Of a stretch of DNA of 40,709 bases, positions 34,801 to 40,709 are shown piece by piece. The notes under the pieces are model-generated. The model did no database searches and was not told the DNA's origin. It saw only the letters and a list, made by a program, of their open reading frames with translations. The stretch is from Octopus bimaculoides. Lineage: Eukaryota. The DNA is taken from NCBI RefSeq assembly GCF_001194135.2, contig NC_068981.1, positions 124,612,222 through 124,652,930 on the forward strand, read 5' to 3'. Position 1 is the first letter of the stretch; each line of letters starts with the position of its first letter. A program made the position numbers and the translations under genes.

Positions 34801-35909
34801 CAATGTCACATCATAACCTTTATCTCTTATCCTATATGTTCTTTCCAGCATAATTCTTATGCTTTCCTTCTGTAATTCCTCTCTTCTCAATCCATCTAAA
34901 TGTCTTTTTAACTTAGTTTATTTCTCACAAATTCGTCTACGCCAGTATGGTTCTTTACGTTCTGATTGTTCTTTTCCTTTGTATCCAACTCTATCTGCAG
35001 CAACCCATAGCTGCAGCCAAATAATCTTGTTAGTTTCAGTTATATTTCTCGTCTGGAATAGCACAAGAACCAAATCTATCTTTTCGGTTTCAACTTTGAG
35101 CTTGCATCGATCAGGTTGGGAGATTCTTGATCCTGGTCTTCTCTAATATATCGGCACAGCGTCCTCACTATGTCTTATTGGTCATCATCGTATTCTTGTG
35201 ATATAACTCTTCCTATTGCTTCTGCTTCATTTGCTGAGAATGCATTTGCATTTACATTTACATTTTGCACTACGCCTTCACTGCTGCCTTTCGTTTTTCT
35301 GTTCTCACTGGGCACGTTATCTGTTGGTGAAGTATTATTTCTATCTTCTATTTTCTATTTTTCTCTCTTCTATTTCCATGTCTGTTAACCGCCTTTTTGC
35401 TCTTCTTGCTCTTGCCTGGTCGGATAACCTTTGCTCACTCTTTTCCAAGAGTCCTATCTCATTCCATTTTGCTTTCATTCGTTGTCGGAATCCCCTTCTG
35501 CTGGGTTCACTCCTGATCCAGCATTCCATTACCGTTCGGTTTGCCTCCTTATCCCACCTTCTTCTCTGCCGCTGACTTTGTGTACAAGCAGTCTCTGGAT
35601 GACGACCGGACCTGCGCTGCTCAACCACAGGACACCTGTCGGGCGAAGGGCTTTCACCCTTGGTTCCAGCCTCATTAACACCATTATTTGATACATTTGT
35701 ATTAGACATTTTCACTCAACATTGAGGTATGTGTTTTAAGGTTAGCCACCAACCGGTATTTTTATCGAGGCATCATCTCTAGTAAGATTGTCAACCAAGA
35801 ATGCAGAGCTCTTACTACCCATAAGTTGGGCTTGTTCCCTTTGCATTTTTGTGTGTTGGGGACTATGATCGTGATTCTCACTAGGTGACAGGTGAGGGTC
35901 AGTTGGTCA

Positions 35910-35910
<1 letters not shown>
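34801..35910 (-). mobile_element. R4/Dong-like 5' portion (5'UTR and N-terminal ORF) of a second subfamily
   Basis: RRRWDKEANRTVMECWIRSEPSRRGFRQRMKAKWNEIGLLEKSEQRLSDQARA, typical of the R4 N-terminus; 5' end abuts the microsatellite. Confidence 0.75.

Positions 35911-35976
<66 letters not shown>
35911..35976. repeat. (ATT)n microsatellite, Dong(-)/Tx1(+) head-to-head junction
   Basis: Direct. Confidence 0.95.
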
Positions 35977-35977
<1 letters not shown>

Positions 35978-36424
35978 GGCTATGACGAAATAGGTTGTAT
36001 GATGGACGCGATTGAAAGGGTTGAAGACGAGCAACTTCCTCTTTGACCAAGGCCTCATTGACTTTTCCAGGTCCCACCTGAAAAGAAAGGTGAGACTGGA
36101 GAAGAAGGTAGTATCACACAGTAAGCTTGTCGAAAGGTGGGTGAATGTAGCAAGGATGACCCGTGTGAAAGCGCCTGTAGGCCGGATAAGGTGAGGAGAA
36201 GAGGGATGCCTACCTGGGGTGTCTTATTGTCAGGGTTCCAAAGTGGGTGAGGTTGCTTTGCTCACCTTTCGGTAGATATCCCCCATATTGGTGAATTATA
36301 TACAGTTGGGTAATTCTCCTTGTTAACTGTTGTGTTTTGCTGTTTACACGTATAACTTCACTCTCCCTCGTCTGTGTATTGTCTATTAAGTTTTGTATTC
36401 GGTCGTTATGACCAATAAAGAATG
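35977..36424 (+). mobile_element. Tx1-like LINE 3' end
   Basis: LKGLKTSNFLFDQGLIDFSRSHLKRKVRLEKKVV..VERWVNVARM; AATAAA at 36414-36419. Confidence 0.82.
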
Positions 36425-36474
36425 TATTGTTGTTATTATTATTATTATTATTATTTATTATTATTATTATTATT
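36425..36474. repeat. (ATT)n microsatellite
   Basis: Direct. Confidence 0.95.
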
Positions 36475-36840
36475 CGACTTTGCCTTTCATCCTTTCGAAG
36501 GTCGATAAATTAAGTACCAGTTGAGTAGTAGGGTCGATGTGATCACCTGTCCCCCTCCCCACAAAATCCAGGTCTTATGCCTATAGTAGAAAGGACTATT
36601 ATTATTATTAAGGCGGCGAGTTGACAGAATTGTTAGCACACTGGACGAAATGTTTAATTGTATTTCGCCCGTCGATGCGTTCTGAGTTCAAATTCCGCCG
36701 AGATCGACTTTACCTTTCATCCTTTCGGGGTCGATAAATTAAGTATCAGTGAAATCTTTGAGTCGATGAAATCTACTAGTTTTCTCCCCCAAAATTTCTG
36801 GCCTTGTGTTTATAGTAGAAGGATTATTATCATTATTACT
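36475..36840 (+). mobile_element. Two head-to-tail SINE family A copies (5'-truncated 36475-36610; full 36611-36840)
   Basis: cgactttgcctttcatcctttcg..gtcgataaattaagtaccag core in both; ATT tails. Confidence 0.88.
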
Positions 36841-37168
36841 ATTTTATGCTTTTCGTAGTGACTCACCACTGCGAAAACTCAAAAAATCGCCTCGGTCAGC
36901 TTACACTCTAGTTACGCCGCTGCGTTCCTCTTGAAATTATTTTACCGATCACGGAAAGATGAATAGGAAGGTAGATACCAACGGTATTTGAATTCGGATT
37001 GTAAAAACTAAAATCCCCACAATATATATTTGCTCAGAACACTGATAATTCTGCCATTCCATCTCATTCTCAGTTTAATTTGATCATTGCAAAAATGTCA
37101 GACGAAGGGAGTTCTGACCTTTCTTACATTCCTCTAATGTTAACATTTTGTTGTTGGGATGATTCCAG

Positions 37169-37375
37169 TTATAAATACACTGTAAATATAATACAGGCGC
37201 AAGCATAGTCTGATGGATGAGAAGCTAACTTTACAACTACGTGGTTCCAGCCGTGATCAACCCCACAGCGGATAAGTGATCATCAATGCTTTGTAAGTGA
37301 AATTCGGTTGACAGAAGCATGTGTGTGTATGTGTGTGTGAGGGGAAGAGAGGGAGAAAGAGAGAAAGAAATTGTG
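37169..37375 (+). mobile_element. Decayed SINE family B head plus (TG)n(GA)n; source of local inverted copy
   Basis: caggcgcaagcatagtctgatggatgagaagctaactttacaactacgtggttccagccgtg... Confidence 0.65.
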
Positions 37376-37379
37376 ATAG

Positions 37380-37942
37380 ACATAAGTTCATACCATTTGT
37401 TTCCAAGTATGTTTCAACATTGTGGTTGTTTGGAACTCTGCATTGGATGTTCCAAATGCAATTGGATGCTTAACGACAACAGATCATCGAGGAGCACTTT
37501 GTTGCATTATGTCAGATCACTTTCCGGCGAGCCAGCGTTGCCTGTATTGCTGGTGCTAAATCTTATTATGCATGCAGGGATCGTGAATTCATTGCCTCAC
37601 AAAGTCTTGGAAGCCGTGATTTTTGGAAAATTTACAATAATGTTATCAATGCTGGTAAGTCTGTTGTGCCTTCTCTTTTTGATGGTGTCTCATAGTCGAG
37701 GTCTTCCGAAGAAAAAGCTGACCTCTTTGCTCGTTTGTTATCTTCAAACTCTACCCTTGAGAATATGGGTGCATTTCTTCTTGAATTTCCTTTTCGCACA
37801 GAACAGGTTCTTGATTCTGTAGTCATAACTCCGAAGTTAGTTGCTAAGATGACCTCTAGACTTGATTAATATAAAGCATCAAGTTCTGACAACATTCCTG
37901 TGGTTGTTTTCAAACAGTGTGCTCCTGAGACGCCTTCTTTGG

Positions 37943-38038
<96 letters not shown>

Positions 38039-39590
38039 TTCTCATACACACACACACACACACACACACATACACACACATGCTTCTGTCAAACGAATTT
38101 CACTTACAAAGCGTTGATGAGCACTTATCCACTGTGGGATTGATCACGGCTGGAACCACGTAGTTGTAGAGTTAGGTTCTCACCCATCAGACTATGCTTG
38201 CGTCTATATTATATTTACAGTGTATTTATAATCTTTGCCTTTCTGAGTCTTGTTTTCTGCCGTGCTGGAAAGCAGCTAATATTGTCTTGATTTTTAAGAA
38301 TGATGATGAGCCTTCTAATCCAAACAAATATCGTCCCGTTAGTCTTCTCTCGACTGCTAGCAAAGTCTTTGAACGTCTCATTAGCAACAGGTTGATTGAG
38401 TTCCTTGAAAGTTTGGGATTCTTTATTGTTCAGTATAGCTTTCTTGGCTCTCGTTCTACTGTTGTTATTACAGAGCGCATCTACCGATTTCTGATACAAA
38501 AAAAGATCTTGATAGGGTTTGGCCTGCCTTTGATAGGGTTTGGCGTGCTTTAGTGCTTTGGCATGCTGATCTGCTCCATAGGTTCTCTGCACGTGGAAAG
38601 GGCATTGGCGTTATCCGGTCATACCTTTCTCGTTGTTTTGTACGTGTGACTCTGGAGGGTGTTACTTCTGAGTATTCTATCTATGCTGGTATTCCTCAAG
38701 GCTCTGTTCTTTGTCCAACTCTCTTTCTTCTCCACATCAACCATCTTCCTTTCAATGTTCTTCAATTCATCAGCATTTATGCTGATGACACTACTTTTTC
38801 TTCTGGTTTTCCTGACAATCCCTCTCCCTTAAAACGGATGGAATTTGCTACTAGACTTGAGGTGGACTTACAAACAGTTAATAAACGGGGCAAAAAGTAG
38901 CTAGTAATTTTTGAAACCTGGTAAGACCAAAACTCTTGTCTTTCAATATGAAGAGGGATCTCTATCTTCCTCCCATTTGCATGAGTTATAGGTCTGATGT
39001 ATCACTTGGTGAGATCGTGAGACCACTTGAGGAAAGGTTTTCTTTGAAACTGTTTGATCTTAGTTTCTCACCTGATCTTTCTTGAGGTTCTTACGTATAG
39101 TCAGTTACTAGGTCTGCTTCCTATAAGGTTGGGTCAATGTGTATGTTAAAGGACTACCTCACCTCCAAGGCCATTTTGTATCTTTACATATCCACAATTC
39201 GACCTTGTATGAAATGCTGTTGTAGTTATTGGGCAGGTGCACAATCTTGTCACTTGGATCTCCTCGACCGAGTTCGGAAATGAATCTCTAATTTGACTGG
39301 TCCTTTTCTTCCTTCAACTCTGTAACCCAATCGGCGTGACGTCGCCAGTCTTATCTTTTCTATCGTTATTGTCAAAAAGAAGTGTTTCTGATGAACTTTC
39401 ACTCTTACTTCCAGTTGACTTTGTACCGTCTTCATCCAAATGCCATTGTGCTTCCGCGAATAAGGAAGACTTTCTACGATCGTAGCTTTTTTCTCGAACT
39501 GCTAGATTTTGGAACTCCCACCCATCTCATTCTTTACCCCTTTCTTATAACTTGAGATCTTTCAAGTCTAAAGTAAATTGATTCCTTTCG
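37380..39590 (+). mobile_element. CR1/L2-group LINE RT region, pseudogenised and interrupted at 37944-38231
   Basis: [19 protein letters not shown] // YNLCLSESCFLPCWKAANIVLIFK..PNKYRPVSLLSTASKVFERLISNRL; WHADLLH; AGIPQGSVLCPTLFLLHIN; IYADDTT. Confidence 0.85.
37944..38231 (-). repeat. Inverted local copy of 37169-37375 with expanded (CT)n(CA)n
   Basis: About 90% identical to the reverse complement of 37169-37340, including non-SINE flank. Confidence 0.85.
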
Positions 39591-39792
39591 CTTAATTTTT
39601 CCTTCATAGTCCCTTACAATAGGTGCCTTCTCTCCTTGTTTGGACTTATAAAAAATGTTACAAAGTGCTAAAACCATTATACTGGAAGCAGTCGGAATGA
39701 TAATAATCTACGTGAAGCTATAAGTCCACAGTAGCAGTTGTACATCTATTTGTACATACACAAGATATACTCTGCGCGCGCGCGCGCGTGTA

Positions 39793-40656
39793 CAGGGCAT
39801 TCGGGTTAAACTTGATAGTTTTCATAAAAGGAAAAGAAAACACAGTATCTCATCCAACAATAAAAGTATTGTTAAGTATCAAACGATATCAACTAGATTA
39901 TGACTGTTAAATAGCAGTATACTCAGAGTAACTTTCCTCAGCTTCCACCACGACATCAAGACGGCTCTGGAACCTGGTACATACGTTCCTCATTGGGACC
40001 CTCGGAAGATCTTCGAACACCTTATTCATCTTGGCTACCAGCTTGGCCTTGGTGTTGCAGGCAGAATGGTTGGTACCTTTCTCAACCGTGCACCTCACAG
40101 CAGCCCATGGGATTACAATCAGGGTGGTGACTAGGAGGCCAGAAATTTAGGCTGATGATGTCGTAGAGATTCTCCGACAACCACTTTTGAGTATGTCAAG
40201 GAGCTGAATCTTGCTGTCACACATGGCTTTCCAGTAGCAACCCTCTCCAGCCAGAGTTTACGTCTCCAGCTGTTTCACGTAACCGACTGATTTGAGCCTA
40301 AGGCTCTATTCAAAGATGTGTGAATAAATTCCGGCGTACGGATGCAGTCAGAATGCCTATTGTGTCCCTTTCTGCTGGCCATGGCTTCGTAGTCTGCATT
40401 GCAGCTGTCCATGTCACGTCTTACAGCCTTCACAGTATTCACTGAGCATTGAGCAGCAGTCACGATGTCGGTATTTTGATAGCCGGCGCGAATCACCAGA
40501 GCGCTTTTCCAGTATTCAGATGGCTTCCAGTCCTCCATTTCAGCCAGCTTATTCTCAGCTTTATACTCACCAAGACCGTTGTCGATTCACCAATACATCA
40601 AGCAGTTCCTGAAAAAAAGGACACAAAAAATCGTCAAATTTATCCCGAGCACCCTG
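39793..40656 (-). mobile_element. Tc1/mariner (maT/DD37D-like) transposon, internally deleted
   Basis: Imperfect ~30-bp TIRs CAGGGCATTCGGGTTAAACTTGATAGTTTT / CAGGGTGCTCGGGATAAATTTGACGATTTT; TA on left; motifs QQDSAP and WPPSHHPDCNPM, C-terminal RFQSRLDVVVEAE. Confidence 0.85.
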
Positions 40657-40709
40657 TGTATGTATGTATGTATGTATGTATGTATGTATGTATGTATGTA
40701 TGTATGTAT
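40657..40709. repeat. (TGTA)n microsatellite at transposon target site
   Basis: Direct. Confidence 0.95.

Noticed and set aside
39775-39788. (GC)n run as CpG island or Z-DNA element
   Set aside because: Only ~14 bp, adjacent to a transposon end; ordinary microsatellite variant.

Overview
Eukaryotic, AT-rich, repeat-saturated genomic DNA with one assembly gap (N, 28178-28660). The SINE, LINE and microsatellite repertoire looks like a coleoid cephalopod, most likely Octopus; this is inferred from recognising the repeat families, not from a search. I find no complete protein-coding gene, rRNA, true tRNA gene or CRISPR array. Nearly all listed ORFs are decayed transposon fragments or microsatellite read-throughs. 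Recognisable elements: R4/Dong-like and HERO-like RLE non-LTR retrotransposons (all minus), L1/Tx1-like LINE pieces (all plus), an RTE derivative, a CR1/L2-group LINE, hAT, Tc1/IS630-like and maT/mariner DNA transposons, many tRNA-derived SINEs, and a ~570-bp non-coding repeat. The main unexplained structure is that every long trinucleotide tract reads (ATT)n on the plus strand. These tracts are repeatedly shared as junctions between Tx1-like LINEs (+) and R4/Dong-like elements or the 570-bp repeat (-), forming alternating polarised arrays. Smaller signals: a hammerhead-like RNA motif, a local inverted templated insertion, a perfect 40-bp palindrome, and four weak candidate exons of an unidentified minus-strand transcript. 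Boundaries of decayed elements are approximate (tens of bp).
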